A stretch of DNA of 64,000 nt from Paraphysomonas bandaiensis (GCA_965644295.1 CBFFRP010000059.1:1-64000), one strand, 5' to 3'. Counted from the first letter of the stretch, positions 10,313-23,920 are shown. The notes: generated by a model not told the origin, from the sequence alone. Program-made: numbers and translations.

Positions 10313-10704
10313 ATGAGAAATAGAGGGAAAATTCGCATGATGTACAGCAGTACGTGATATGGTGCAGTGTATAACAGACCGTAGTATGAATAGGGAACCG
10401 GATCCCTTTCCCGGTATACGGGTAGCACACAGACAGGATCTTGATACCTGATTTGCTTGTATCTATAGCATATATCGGGCAGTCAGCATCTTATTTTTCG
10501 GAAATAAATTGAAGCAAAACTAGTCTATATAATTTCAGTACAACTACGGCTGAAATACAGAGAATTTTTGTCTCAATTGTAGAGGCATCTTAGAACAAAA
10601 ATACACAAAGGATGCCGATGCCATACAGCAGAGCACTATATATTCATATATAAGCATATCAAGGCACAGATCTCTTCCTTAACAAAGCATCATAGAGTTT
10701 CATA

Positions 10705-11904
10705 ATGTTAACTTCAGTCTATCCTAGTCCCGCCTTGAGTTTATCCTCATCTCTAGTCCTATCCCCTGAACAAGTAACACAGTGGCGCACTGAGGGGTAT
10801 ACTCTGGTTAGTGATGTATTCCCTGATACATTACTACAACAAGTTCGTAATGCTGCAATCGAAGCATATCCTGAGGGTACTGGGCCAATGAAAGATGAAC
10901 TTGGTTCTGGAGGGAAAATGACGTTTCCAGTGTGCGATGATGCCTTTCAAGTTGTTAATAAAATTCCACTGCATATGCGTCTGATTACAGCTGTCACACA
11001 ACTACTCGGGTGTAATAGCGATGACCTTCGTCTATCTCAAGCTGATCTCTGGGGAAAACGTGGCTATACTGAACCAAAGTATGATGCATATTGCAACATG
11101 AATCAGCGTATCCACTGTGACTATCCTAATCACACCCTGGTAATGCCTCCATCTTGGGACAATCCTGAAGTTGTGTCTATAATCATTTACTATGACGACA
11201 GCGCTACTGTGGGTGGAGGAACACGTATCGTGCCCAGAGAGGGTAGTGATGATCCGGCTTACACTAGTAGTGCAGAATCTGTTTCTCCTCTTCTTCTTAC
11301 TCCCGGTGCGCGTGGAGATCTACCTTGGATCAACGATAAAGATCATGCTGAAGAATACTTGAGGGCCCACCACCCCGAAGTACATAAGTTTAGACAAGAG
11401 GTGCTATACCCACGAGAGAAATCTGTTGCTTATGGGGTTGGCACTGTACTTTTTTATCGGCATGATATATGGCACAGGTGCGATCGACGATTGTCTCGCA
11501 GCTTTGTTATTTATATTTATTATGTTCAGAGGGACACCCCCACTTCCAAATGCAACGCGGCGCATACATAATATAGTCTATAAATTAGCACACTGTGATT
11601 GGGTCAATCACTGGAACTCTGGCTCAGCTAGGCGCATGTACACAAGAAATCAGGTACCTACCTACCTGCAATATTTTCCTTATTTAAAGCTGACAGTCCA
11701 TTGCAGGTAGTTGAAAGACTAATTGCAGGATCATGCTCTGCACAACGCGTTTTATTGGGGTTTCCAGCCCCTTCCAGTAACTATTGGAATGAAGACACTC
11801 TGCAAGCTGTAAAGGACCGCTATAGTTCACTTCCCGGTGGATTTATGCACTGCGAAGAAATTGAAGAGGAAGTAAGAAAAAAGAAACGCAAGATCAGTGC
11901 GTGA
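10705..11904 (+). CDS. Phytanoyl-CoA dioxygenase (PhyH)-like 2OG-Fe(II) oxygenase, 3 exons
   Basis: LSPEQVTQWRTEGY N-terminus, IHCD and DIWHR|G metal motifs; introns 11478-11529 and 11654-11706 join the three track ORFs in frame. Confidence 0.85.
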
Positions 11905-12442
11905 GTTATATAAACTTAGTCATTTGATCAGTTGTTGGCAATCCCACTCAATTTGACATCAAAATCAATTTATCGGTAGTGTCAACAGAAGCACCGTTAG
12001 AAAGAAACCTTTTTTGAAGTAGACACACAACAATTGATGCTCGTGTGTTACAGTTATGTTAATGTAACTTGGTGCGTTGCCAACAGTACTTCTATTTGAA
12101 GTTTGATGTTATGATATTCGTCTGTACCAATAATACATGCATTTCATACTTAGTACGTTGCTCTTGTGTTGTATTCTGAATTCATTGTGTGATTACACTA
12201 TCTACTAGTATGATATCGCAATTCAAGACTCAAGACATCACAGTAGAGGTTTCCGATATTGATCAAAGCTTCTGCTGAAAGGTTTGTAATACGTAGATAC
12301 CACTACAAAAATTATAGGTTAAACCTAGCAAAGAGACAATGAGAAGAGGAATAGAGAGTCCCAAGTGAAATAGTTATTAGAATCTTGTTGTCTAGCTGTT
12401 TTCATTCAAAACAAATTCAAAAATGTTTTCTAAATTTTATTC

Positions 12443-12510
12443 TAATGTGAAACAAATATACTGTTTATGTATTCTGTAATGTGAAACAAATATACTGTTT
12501 ATGTATTCTG
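12443..12510. repeat. 34-bp tandem duplication
   Basis: TAATGTGAAACAAATATACTGTTTATGTATTCTG twice. Confidence 0.9.
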
Positions 12511-12854
12511 GTAGATATCAAGATACACAACACACTATGTCTAAGTGACAATGATTGACATGCTTTAATAGACCATCCTTATTTACATCGATCGTATAGG
12601 GCACAGTGAGAAAGCAATATATCATACATTCATATAAGAAAGTCTGATTATTACATGAGAACGGTTGTGTACAGAAACTAGTATTACACCTATAGACTGA
12701 CTAAACTGGACTTGCTATGTAAGTCACCACTACTACTTAAAGTAGTAGTATTAGTACCTATGTTCGGAGACGACGCGGCAGCAGCGGTGGAGGATCATCC
12801 GCAGGTAGTGAATCATCATTTCTTCTCATAAAAAGATCACGAAGTTCTGCTAGT

Positions 12855-13180
12855 ATATGGGTATAGTGAGATGGTATAGTGGTATATAGTGAGATGGTTT
12901 AGTGATGCATAGTAATATGGTATATGGGTGTATAGTGAGATGGTATATGGGTGTAAAGTGATGGTTATAGTACATACTTGTGAAATGTACGTAATATATA
13001 TGTGTAGTCGGTGACTTTTATTGCTGTAAAACTGAAGTAATATGGAAGTAATTAGTAAAAAATATTATAAATAGTACTTTTCACACTGTTAATATCGTCA
13101 TAGTTACATATTGTGCATAGTTTTACCCTTTTCCAACCATCATCAAAAATTTCACCAGGTTTTGGTATTACCTCGACTTA
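12855..13180 (-). repeat. Isolated copy of the arm repeat that flanks the ParA cassette
   Basis: Reverse complement of ~27764-28100, including the GTATAGTGAGATG iterations. Confidence 0.85.
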
Positions 13181-13239
13181 ATGTTAACATGTCAAAAGCT
13201 GTTAATCCCGGTGTATTTCATCGGTGGACCTCAGCAAAA

Positions 13240-13952
13240 GTACCTATAGGTAGGTACCTATAGGAGACCTATAGGTACTTTATTAATTAAATCTCCTAGT
13301 ACCTATTAGGAACTTGTCTAGTACCTATAGGTACATTTTAGCTCAATAGGTAGTACCTATACCAGCTTCAGATAGGACCACCTATAGGTGGCAAGACCAG
13401 CTATAGGTGGGTCCTATTTCTTGGTACCTAATAATTGCATTAGGAACCCCTATTAGGCACTACCTTTTTGACCTATAGGTACTAAGCAAGTTCCTAATAA
13501 TGACCTATAGGTACAAACAAGTACCTAATACGGACCTATAGGTACGACCTATACGTGTCCTATAGGTACTTAATAATTTCCTAATAGGTACTTATCGGTA
13601 CCTATAGGTACTACCTAGTATTGACATTGCTACCTATAGGTAGTAGTACCTATAGGTAGCAAGATCAGCTATAGGTGGGTCCTATTTCTTGGTACCTAAC
13701 AATCGAATTAGGAACCCCTATTAGGTATTAATTTTGACCTATAGGTACTACCTAGATAGCTAACATATACCTATAGGTGTAGTACCTATAGGTGGCAAGA
13801 CTAGCTATAGGTGGATCCTATTTATTGGTACCTAATAATCGTATTAGAAACCCCTATTAGGCACTACCTTTTTGACCTATAGGTACTACCTAGTTAGGTA
13901 ACACACACCTATAGTTGTAGAACCTACTAAATACCCTGCCACCTATAGGTAC
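13240..13952. repeat. Left subterminal array of palindromic CCTATAGG / CCTAATAGG motifs
   Basis: Dense ACCTATAGGT-type palindromes, with a higher-order unit repeated at ~13380, ~13650 and ~13785. Confidence 0.9.
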
Positions 13953-14173
13953 GATGCAGCCCAGCCTACAAACCACACACTGCTCATAAAACGCTATACA
14001 ACATTAGTATCGTTTATAGAGAAGAGTACTAGACAAATCAAATCAGCATACACACTCGAAAGAACAGAAAACACACACTCGAAAGCGATATATGAATAAA
14101 ATCGATAATAAAAAATAGCCAGCTTGAAAACTGACTATGCCTAACATCGGAGGAAATGGTTAATACACATACC

Positions 14174-15371
14174 TTACCAATCTTTCAAAACTACAGACGC
14201 CTCATCAGGCTCCTCAATGTACTCTGAATTTTCGATCTTTTTCTTCTCTTTCTTCAGTAGTCTCCACGTACTGAAATATCTTGTTCTCTGGGAGTGGAAA
14301 TAGAGAAATGCGCCTTCTTTTTCTAAGAAAGCGCGTCGTGATATTTTAATCGCATCAACTCTTGATTTGGCTCTCGATGCCAGATAAGCAGTCCAGGCAT
14401 CACTACTGGTAGGGGGAGATTCGGACGCCTGCTGTAGTCGATCGTACAGCATCTCCTGAGCTGTCGACTCTATCATGGCGCTAGTTTCGTTAACAAACGT
14501 CATGGGATCACTGCTATCATTATGACTATAAGCTCCAATTAAAACACAGACGGCTTCGACAGCAGTCTGCATGAAGGAATCTTCACTGTTCCATTGATGT
14601 TCTCGAGGGCAGTTACCTAGTCAAACAATGAGTTTATAGAAAACAAATATTTGACTTACCATCTTTCAAGGAATTTCTTAATTCCTCCTCGAATGCACTA
14701 TCCAACCAGGGGGTCTGGTCGGTATAAAGAGCATGATAGCATAATCTAATCTTCGTTTTTATATTATCAGCCACCTTTCGCACATATTTCATTACGTCTC
14801 TGTAAACTATGTGAGACATGTAATAATAACAGACTCAATCAAATACCTCGATGACGAAATCGCAGCTATGACACCGCTCTGAAGCATTGTTTCATTCGGC
14901 ACAAATGCTCCTTCTTTACAAGCTAGTTAAAATGCCTGTTATAATTAAGTCACATACTTATAAATATATTAAATTCACCTTATTATGGGGAGCTTGCATA
15001 TCAATTCCGTTTTTTGATATTAATGCAAGTATCAGCCGCATGAGGAGTTCGAAGTGTTCCTCAATGGGAGATATTTCCCCAGTGTCCAGTTTATAATGTA
15101 ACCGAGCATACATCATCTCCTGATGATACGGGAGAAAGCTTGGGGATGAGGCAACCACGGCGGCACTCTGCTGCCCCACGACAAGATCTTCCCGGTACAA
15201 AACTGTCGACAATAACTTCGTCCTTACGTTCTTCGTCCGAAGACTGACTTAAGGTTGCAAGGTTTCAATTTCTGACGATGAGTGACATTGCTCAGGTATA
15301 GTTATATTGGGCCTGCTGCACAGAGGCTTCTTCCTGGGAGGTGACTGTGCAGTACAAAATGTGCGATCCAT
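14174..15371 (-). pseudogene. Second (accessory) gene of the CMC element, multi-exon, with in-frame stop
   Basis: Track ORFs 14174-14572, 14634-14819, 14958-15212 and 15249-15467 are linked by GT-AG introns; TAA at 15249-15251 interrupts ...ETLQP*VSLRTKN. Confidence 0.55.
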
Positions 15372-15696
15372 TTTACGGTTTCCACTGCGCTGCGCCATCT
15401 GATAACGATAATGATGATAATGATGATAATGAATACGATAAATATGATGAAATAATGATGATTGCATATATATATATATGACTGTTTATGGAATTCATCT
15501 TTCGGAAAGTGAAGAGACATTCACATACTCTCACTTCGACTTCGAAGTTCTCACACTTCGACTTCAGAATCATTCTTCAGTTTGTTTTTTATGGGACTGC
15601 TGTATACATGGTATACATATACACATAGCAGAGCACATACGTATGTACATATACAAAACTGTGCAGAGGGATACACAAAGGTGTACACATGTACAC

Positions 15697-17914
15697 ATGT
15701 ACACTGTTGGATGCAATGTGTGTAAACAAGTTTTTGATTCAGGTCAGAGTTTGTCACGTCATGAAGATATTGCTTGCTATCGGAGAACTTTTTACCGAAT
15801 AGAAAGCGAAAGACTTCAGCAGATAGTGGTCCTCAAAGCTACATCATTCGTGATGACGACAGTAGTGATGATGAGTACGAAGGAAATTCCCGCTTTGCAT
15901 GTGTTAATTGTGAGTATCCGCTGAGGGGTGGTGTTTTTTATAACCCACAGATTCATCTCAAGAGAGATGGACATACAATTGCTGAACGCTGTCGAAGTCT
16001 AAATAGTGGTCGGCTATCAGACAAGGAAGAGAAGGCTACTCGAAAGTCACTCGATGATAAATGCATCATGCCCTTCGTGAACGCCTTTCATCATTCGTTT
16101 ATGGGCTGCAACAACCATTGTTTTAATAATCCTCAGGACTTGTTTCACCTATTTTGTGCTGGCATTGCAAAAAGTCTTGGTCTTTGGATTCTTACCATTG
16201 TTGATAGCACAAGCAAAACTATGGACCCGACTTTCCACAACAGTAAGGGTGTGCTGGATGGTAGACTGATAATGATACCTCAAGTTCCGAATATGCCACA
16301 TGTAAATTGGACAGTCTTCAAGAAAGGGCTAATGCACATTATCTCTACTAAAAGCAAGAAAGATAAAGGCCATTCCACTGGTTCTGGAGGATATCGATCA
16401 AGCGAATTCATTACGGCACTTATACAGCTTTTATTTGCGGTAGGTTTTTAAAAATTCCACGGTTCGTATCACTTTCCATGAGTTAGATAGGCACAGATGG
16501 CCAAGTTTTACCAACAGCTACGAACTACGTATTTTGTTGCAAGAATACACGGCCCCGACGCGTTGGTAATTTGACAATGAAAGTTCTACAAGCAATTAAG
16601 GCGGTATTGAACGTCTATTTTGAGTGTAAAAGATGCTGTTTCACGAACCCTGATATTCTACATGTGGAGCTTACATGCAATGATATGGTTGCAAAGGTTT
16701 TGCTAGTGTGGGACTTGAAGCAAACACTTCTTAACAACCAGCCATCATTTCCATTGATGCGAAAGCTTCATTCTGTTATGCATCTTTCATTTAACATTGC
16801 CATGTTTGGAGCCTTATCAAAGGCAGATGCTGGCTCTTGGGAATCGAGCAATCGCTATTTTACAACCGATAACTGGCGACGCACAAGTAGGAGATATGCT
16901 TCCTCAAATGAGGAGATGCTAAAATTATCTATCTGTCAAGATCATTCTCGAGTACTGGAGTTTATTGCTGCATGCCACACTCATGACAATGCGTATATAA
17001 ATTCACTAAAGCCAGAAGTTCCACCTGAAGTTGTTTTAGTATATCCAATGTGTAATGTAAAGCATGCAACTCTATGCGTTGGTGCAAATGGCTACTTATT
17101 CGCATGTGAAGAAGAGATAGAGTTGAATGATTTCATCGGGCACAAGGAATTAACAGTTTTTTCTCTAACAGATTTCTGTAGACGAGCTCTGGGTGAACAG
17201 AACTGGAACAGCCTATGTCGTGGTGATATATCTCTTAAGCTTATACAAGCTCTCACATACCACGCAAACGAAGAGAGTGGTATCGGCAAAGGAAGTCATC
17301 ATGCAATGAAGAAGACGAGGCGGCGAAAACAACGATTTGATTTTATATTCATTCAACTGGAAAATGGAGACAATCAACTGGCCCAAATAGTATCAATGTT
17401 ACAACTGACATTTGAAAACGACATCAAGTATTTCTATATTGTTCAGTATATGGAACCGTGTGAAGTGAGTAGCCTTGCTTTTTTCCCCAAATACAGATGG
17501 GAAGTGCGTTACAATCGCCGACGCCAGCAGATATTTTGCCACGATATTATTGATTTTGAAAATATTCTTGACACAGCATTTATTATTCCAGATTTTGCTC
17601 ATGATGTAATTGCTGGAGAGCCGAATACAATAGATAGATTCTGGTATATTCCGAGGAAATTCTTTGACCGTTGTGGGTGGAATGATTTGGAAAATGCTGA
17701 CTATAATCAGACCGAAGATATGGAGGTATATATGAACAGGAATGGCTCTGGTGCAATAGAAATGCAGCGCAATATTATCCAAGAAAATAACCATGCTGCA
17801 AATAACATGATCGATTCTGACACTGATGACTCCTTACTTTCAGAAAACGAAAGTACAAGGAGTAGTAGTATATCTAGTGCCAGTGGCTCTGATAGTGAAG
17901 GTGACGGTATGTAA
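15697..17914 (+). pseudogene. EnSpm/Plavaka-like transposase, frameshifted and apparently internally deleted
   Basis: N-terminal C2H2-like finger CNVCKQVFDSGQSLSRH; frameshift ~15780; QDLFHLFCAGIAK and RKLHSVMH...FGALSKADAGSWESSNR motifs typical of CMC transposases; intron 16440-16486 joins the two ORFs in frame. Confidence 0.8.
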
Positions 17915-18034
17915 TTCTATAATTTATATTCCCCTGCTTATTTAAGTGACGTGAATAGTCATTATTCACAACTATAGTACAACTTACTGGTAATGGAATT
18001 GATTGCTAGCCATATAGGCACAATGCTTTATCCG

Positions 18035-18760
18035 TCCTAGGTAGATAGGCTATACTTCTTATAGGTAATGTGGGCTAGCACCTATAGGTAGATGACAACT
18101 AAGCTATAGGTATTACCTACGGCTGAGGTACCTATACGTATGATGTTATGGTTCCTATAGGGAATGTGGGCTAGCACCTATAGGTAGATGACAATTAACC
18201 TATAGGTAATGCCTGCGACAGAGGTACCTATAGGTATGATGTTATGGTACCTATAGGTAATACCTACGGCTGAGGTACCTATACGTATGATGTTATGGTT
18301 CCTATAGGTAATGTGCGCTAGCACCTATAGGGAGATGACAATTAACCTATAGGTAATGCCTAGGGCCGAGATACCTATAGGTAGATGACAACTAACCTAT
18401 AGGTAATACCTAGGGCTGAGACACCTATAGGTAATGTGGGCTAGCACCTATAGGTAGATGACAATTAACCTATAGGTATTACCTACGTCTGAGGTACCTA
18501 TAGGTATGGTGTTATGGTCCCTATAGGGAATGTGGGCTAGCACCTATAGGTAGATGACAATTAACCTATAGGTATTACCTACGGTCGAGGTACCTATAGG
18601 TATGATTTTATGGTACCTATAGGTGGTGAGACATAGGCACCTACCTATAGGTAGGGTCGCTAGGAATACCTACAGGTAGGTACCTAATAGGTATGTACCT
18701 AATAGGTATGCATGAACTACCTATAGGAAGTTCGAAGTACCTATAGGTACCTAATATAGC
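18035..18760. repeat. Right subterminal array: CCTATAGG palindromes separated by four recurring linker types
   Basis: Linkers TAATGTGGGCTAGCA, TAGATGACAA(C/T)TAA, TA(T/A)TACCTACGGCTGAGGTA and TATGATGTTATGGT recur in near-cyclic order. Confidence 0.92.
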
Positions 18761-19329
18761 CCACCGATGTTCTTATGTGCGGCGCCAAGCAAGCTCTAGC
18801 TAGATCTACATTATACTTGATACTTGCGTGGCTCATACATGATTACGAAAAATCCCGCATATTCAGAGGTAGAGGGCAGCAAAGCCAATACTTTGTTATA
18901 CTTACACACAGTACAGTCATGGGTCATACATACGAGAGCACTCGCGTATTATTATACAAAGGAGTAGGGCATATGATCTTTCTAATAAACTAAGTTTTAG
19001 TATTATTGTCATTCGTTGGAACAGGAATACCGACGCTCTATATGAGAAGCCGACATGGCATAGGAAGTTGACGTATGTAATTTAATTTCTCGTTGACATT
19101 GTGTTATTTTACTATTATATAAATACATCTTACATAGAAAAGAAAATAGTTCGGTACACATACTATAATATACAGGCTGTCATATAGTGCGTGACTTAAA
19201 TTAAAACACAAAACAACAACCATAGGGTCCAGAGTACGAAGCATAGAAGAAACTCCTCCATTCACCCCAAAAAAGAGGGCTCAGTAACAAAACAAATCAC
19301 CAATTTCAACACATCTCCACACATAGCAT

Positions 19330-20549
19330 AAGTACTCAATAATCTATATCCCATGGATTTAGAGGTTCCTGTGAACTACATCCAAGTTTTCGTTTCCATC
19401 TTCAGCAGCGACAATGCAAACTCCTACATTCCATGGACATGGAGGGTCCTGTGAACGAAGTCACTTAAGAACATCTAAGTGGCCACCAGCAGCAGCTTCG
19501 CAAATGTCTTCATTCCATGGACATGGAGGGTCCTGTGAACGAAGCCACTTCAGAACATCCAAGTGGCCACCAGCAGCAGCACTTTCGCAAGTGTCTTCAT
19601 TCCATGGACATGGAGGGTCCTGTGAACGAAGCCACTTCAGAACATCCAAGTGGCCACCACCAGCAGCACTTTCGCAAGTGTCTTCATTCCATGGACATGG
19701 AGGGTCCTGTGAACGAAGCCACTTAAGAACATCCAAGTGTCCACCACCAGCAGCAGCTTCGCAAGTGTCTTCATTCCATGAACACGGAGGGTCCTGTGAA
19801 CGAAGCCACTTCAGAACATGCAAGTGCCCACCTCTAGCAGCTTTACTACAAATACTGCGTTCATGCCATGGACATGGGGGGTCCTGTGAACGAACCCATT
19901 TCAGAACATCCAATTGTCCACAAGCAGCAGCAGTTTGACAAGTCGAATAATCCCATGGACATGGAGAATCCTGTGAACGAAGCCACTGCAAAACATTCAA
20001 ATGTGCACCAGCAGTCTCACTACAAGTGAGTTCATCCCATGGACATGGAGGGTCCTGTGAACGGAGCCACTTCACAACATCCAAGTGTCCCTCAGCCGCA
20101 GCAGTAGTACAAGTGAATAGTCCCCATGGACACGAAGGGTTTCGTGAACGAATCCACTTCAGAACATCTAAGTGCCCACCACCAGCAGCAGAAAAACAAG
20201 TGTCGTCAGTCAGTAAGTATATGTGCATAGGGTCCTCCATATGTGGAGGTGTGTATATGAGGCTCAGGATGTATTTCATCTGCTGTAGTCTGCCGTATTG
20301 TGCACATGTGTTCATTAGTTTGGTGTGTGGGCAGCCCATAGACAGAGCCCATGAGACCATTGAGTTGGTCATACAGTAGTGAGATGCATGTGACTGTACT
20401 CTCCTCTTATCAGTGTAGACTATATCGTGAAATCTCTTACAAGTTAATATCACTGGAAGGAGAGCTCTGTGAGGGATCATAGAGATGATGAGACGAAGGA
20501 CATCATCATTAAGATCAGATATATGCGACATATACGAACACTGATTCAT
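19330..20549 (-). CDS. F-box-like plus CPW-type ankyrin repeat protein, intronless, with premature TGA near the 3' end
   Basis: ISDLNDDVLRLIISMI (F-box-like); 29-aa repeats LRSQDPPCPWNEDTCESAAGGGHLDVLKW; the repeat continues past the TGA at 19461-19463, which falls at a Trp position. Confidence 0.85.
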
Positions 20550-20859
20550 CGTTTATATGAGGCTGATAGAGTGTTACAGCAGATGAGTATGACTGATATG
20601 TATGTATATACATGCTGTGTGTTATTAAGATAGCGAGACGTCAGTGCAGTACACAGTGCTATAAAAGTGATGAAACCAAGTCTAAAAGTGGAGATTTTAT
20701 TGATTATATTATTATTGGGTATTTTTACATTGTTTAAAACCTAGATATTTTTATAAAATCCACTCACTAATTTAGAAGATGAAAATCCCAAGTTTCTGAA
20801 AATCTAGCAGAAAAGTATCTAACGAAAAGTCCACCGGGCGAACAGTTCAGCAGTATACT

Positions 20860-23650
20860 GTAGGAAGTAGGGTCCCCACTAATGCCGGTTTTTTAGGTGT
20901 TTTCAGTCAATCACAGTTTCAGTCACAGAGTGGCGATGACGTTAGCAAATACGTCATCAGATGTGGAATGATTTTGTGTGAGATGCATTATAATTGACCA
21001 GCTTGATTCATGATTTGGATCTCGAGTTATTCATGTCCAAAGTGAGTGCCCTTAAGGGGTTTTTCAGTTATCTTTTTTTTTAGGATCCTATTAGTGCCGG
21101 TTTTCATGACCCGCCTCACTCCACTGATGACAGTCCTTCACACACTCTACACGATACATCAACACACCATGTGACTCTGAGGACACAAACAGCATTCTGT
21201 ACTAATTCAATAGTGCTGGACTCGAATCCGAGGCCTAATTCCCTCAAAACATTGAATGTAGCCCGATATTTAAGACTCTGTGTAGCACACATGACTGTGT
21301 GTATCACCTGGAATACAAACACCACGTGACTCTACACAGCCTGTATGTTTGTAGAATGTAGCTCTGTAGATACTGTGCACTCATAATTGTGTATGAATTT
21401 TGTATGATATCATCATTACGTTCCTATTAATCCAAAGCAATGCACCTACCTCAATACTAGAGGTTGACACGTATGCAATCATATGGGCAGCAATTCCGAC
21501 ATTTCAGATAGTGATGGTGATGTTAGTAATGGTAAAAGAATATATATCACTATATTTGACACATTGGTCGACGAAGCGCGTGTTGGAATGCACTGTAAGC
21601 GCTGGAAAGGGACTATCCACTGGCCAGTGTTCAGATGATGCTGATTGGTGACTTCGGATCAATTCAGTAGATAGTTCTTGCGAAAGTAGCTAGTAGTGAA
21701 TGTCTGATTATTAGCAGTAGGCGTGTAAGAGTCAGCACTAATGTAGCCAAGCAATATAATTAACTAGTGCTTAACTAAGATATCCTACTATTTGGCGCTA
21801 CGAAAGCTGCTTGTGCGTCACCACAAGCACCATGGTGCAGCCACTTTCCCTCTCTGTCCTTAAGGTGAATAGCCCGGATGCATGGCTTCAGTATGCAGTC
21901 CAATACCCCAGATACTCTTGAGGTGGGCCCATTCCTGTTTAATAGTCAAGGCCCAAAGACGTTTATACGAGAAGTGACACTTATTTTGTCCCGTGTATCA
22001 CACAAACATTCTGCTATGAGTGGGCAGAACAATATCTGCTTACTATATATGGGGCTCACGTTAGTTTCCCGGAGAACTCAGAATAAAAGGTGCGATTCAG
22101 ACTTTTTTGAGGGCGAAGGTAGCTAGCAGAAGTAAGTAGTGAAAGCTATGTTAAAATCAAGCACTAGAGTAGAAGGCAATTAATTGCAACGACAATAATT
22201 GGATTCTTGGGTAGTGTTTGCATCTCACCAATTAATTTTTTCGCAACCCTGGTAAGTAGTAGTGGAAATAAGATTCAAGTATTAAAAGAAATTAATAATG
22301 AGTATAGGAGATATTTATATTGAGTACTCTTATAGGAGAAAAATGTGGTGTGTAGTTGTTCACATATGGCAGGTGTAAAGGTGTGCAGTTCACACATCGT
22401 TTACATGATATAAACATATAAACTACTACAAATATTAGTATTCGCGGGCGGGGGTGATCCAGCCCTTCTCATGGAAATATGCCGTGGTGCTCTTGATGAG
22501 AAGGCAGAAGTCTGAACCCCCCTCATACGGCTCCACATAATACCATGTGTTTCATCCTCGGCTGCTCTTCCACAGCCACCTGGCGCTCCTGTGAGAAACC
22601 AGCGACAGAACAATCCGAATGTCTGGAGAAGCCTGGCGTCACCGGAATTCAAAGCTTTCCGGGAACCATAAAGTTGGAGCGAATTGAACTCTTGCCGCAA
22701 TAGGCCTCTTCCAACCGCATGAATGTGAATGCACATGTAGTACTTCCTACATGAAGCGCTTATGAAGATCAGACGTCTAATCGGTCCAGAAGTTCAGACG
22801 TCGAGGCCATAATATCGCGGTCAACGCTGTTGGAAATATGGCTCTGGGTACGACCAAGAGGGAAGACCATATCCACAATGGTGTAGTTGGAGGGTCTTTT
22901 GCAGAAGTAGCGAAAAGAGGACGCATCTTCGGTACTACCAAAGTCTAGCCGAAGAATATCCCGAAACTGTGCCCTATCATCGATTGTGTGTACAATACAG
23001 CACCATACTTTTCCAGTATGATTTCTCTTCCAGTTGTGGAGATGACACCCTTCAACAAGGCAACTAGATATACATGATATTATAAATCGTAGACATATAC
23101 ACAAGTAGATAAGCACAAAATAACAACTACCTTGCAAACAAATATTTTGCGCTCCTTCAGAGTGTAGATTCACCGTAGAGAGAGGAGCTTAACCCCAGTT
23201 TCATACCTCCAACCATGAGACCTCTCTCTGGTCATAGTTGGTATGTTTCCATCCTTCCTAGATACTTTATCAGGCAAAGGCGAGTCTCCCAATGATCAAA
23301 GTACACGATTCACTACTGTCCTATGAGGCACATAGTCAGGAAGATCCCTTGTTGTTGCGATATCGCTGCTGACTGGTCGATGGTCCCAACAACGGCATGG
23401 ATTCAGAGCCCCTACGTTATGTATTGGGCACGAGCTTACATTGATACTGTTGTGGCATTGTCTGATATGAATGGTGCGCAGTATAATGTGCAACCTTATG
23501 TGCAATGTGCGACTCAGTGCATGTATGTATGAGAGATCTGCCTGAAGTCAGTTAATCTTCATACCAATCGTGCACTTTTCTATAAAAAAATCGGCACAAG
23601 CAGGAACCAAAAAATCTGAAATCGGCATTAGTTGGGACCCTACTTCCTAC
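20860..23650. mobile_element. 2.8 kb TIR-bounded element with decayed coding content, family unassigned
   Basis: GTAGGAAGTAGGGTCCCCACTAATGCCG at 20860 and its near-perfect reverse complement ending at 23650; degenerate minus-strand ORF pieces at 22401-23505. Confidence 0.7.
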
Positions 23651-23920
23651 CTCCTCTACGACCAGAATAGTGCGGGATAATTTTCTTGTCATGTTTGAGC
23701 ATTTTCGCTGCTATATACCTCAATTTTTAGAGGAAAGTCATTATAAAATTGCTGTTTTCTATAAATTTCTATACAATTAATTGATTATTTCTTCCAATTT
23801 ATCGAGTCGTTTATACATACATACATATGACAACAAGCCATTAAGAAGAATTCATTCGATATCACTTCAATTCCATGAATATCAGCCTATATATCACATA
23901 AAATCACATAGTAGAGTGTT

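Larger units (their letters stand above)
13219..18769. mobile_element. CMC-superfamily (CACTA/EnSpm/Plavaka-like) DNA transposon, probably non-autonomous
   Basis: TIR CATCGGTGG...CCACCGATG; TT on both flanks (possible 2-bp TSD); ~0.7 kb CCTATAGG-rich subterminal arrays at both ends; internal transposase-like gene plus a second divergent gene. Confidence 0.85.

Noticed and set aside
18035-18760. CRISPR-like regular palindromes with spacers
   Set aside because: The core is only 8-10 bp, the spacers recur cyclically, there are no cas genes, and the array lies inside transposon TIRs.
15249-19463. In-frame TAA and TGA as evidence of a variant genetic code or selenocysteine
   Set aside because: RPL17 (TAA), SF3A1 (TAG) and the PhyH gene (TGA) use all three stops normally; these are isolated nonsense changes in decaying or repetitive genes.
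19414-20379. Plus-strand HGHGGSCERSH repeat ORFs
   Set aside because: Antisense shadow of the ankyrin repeat gene.
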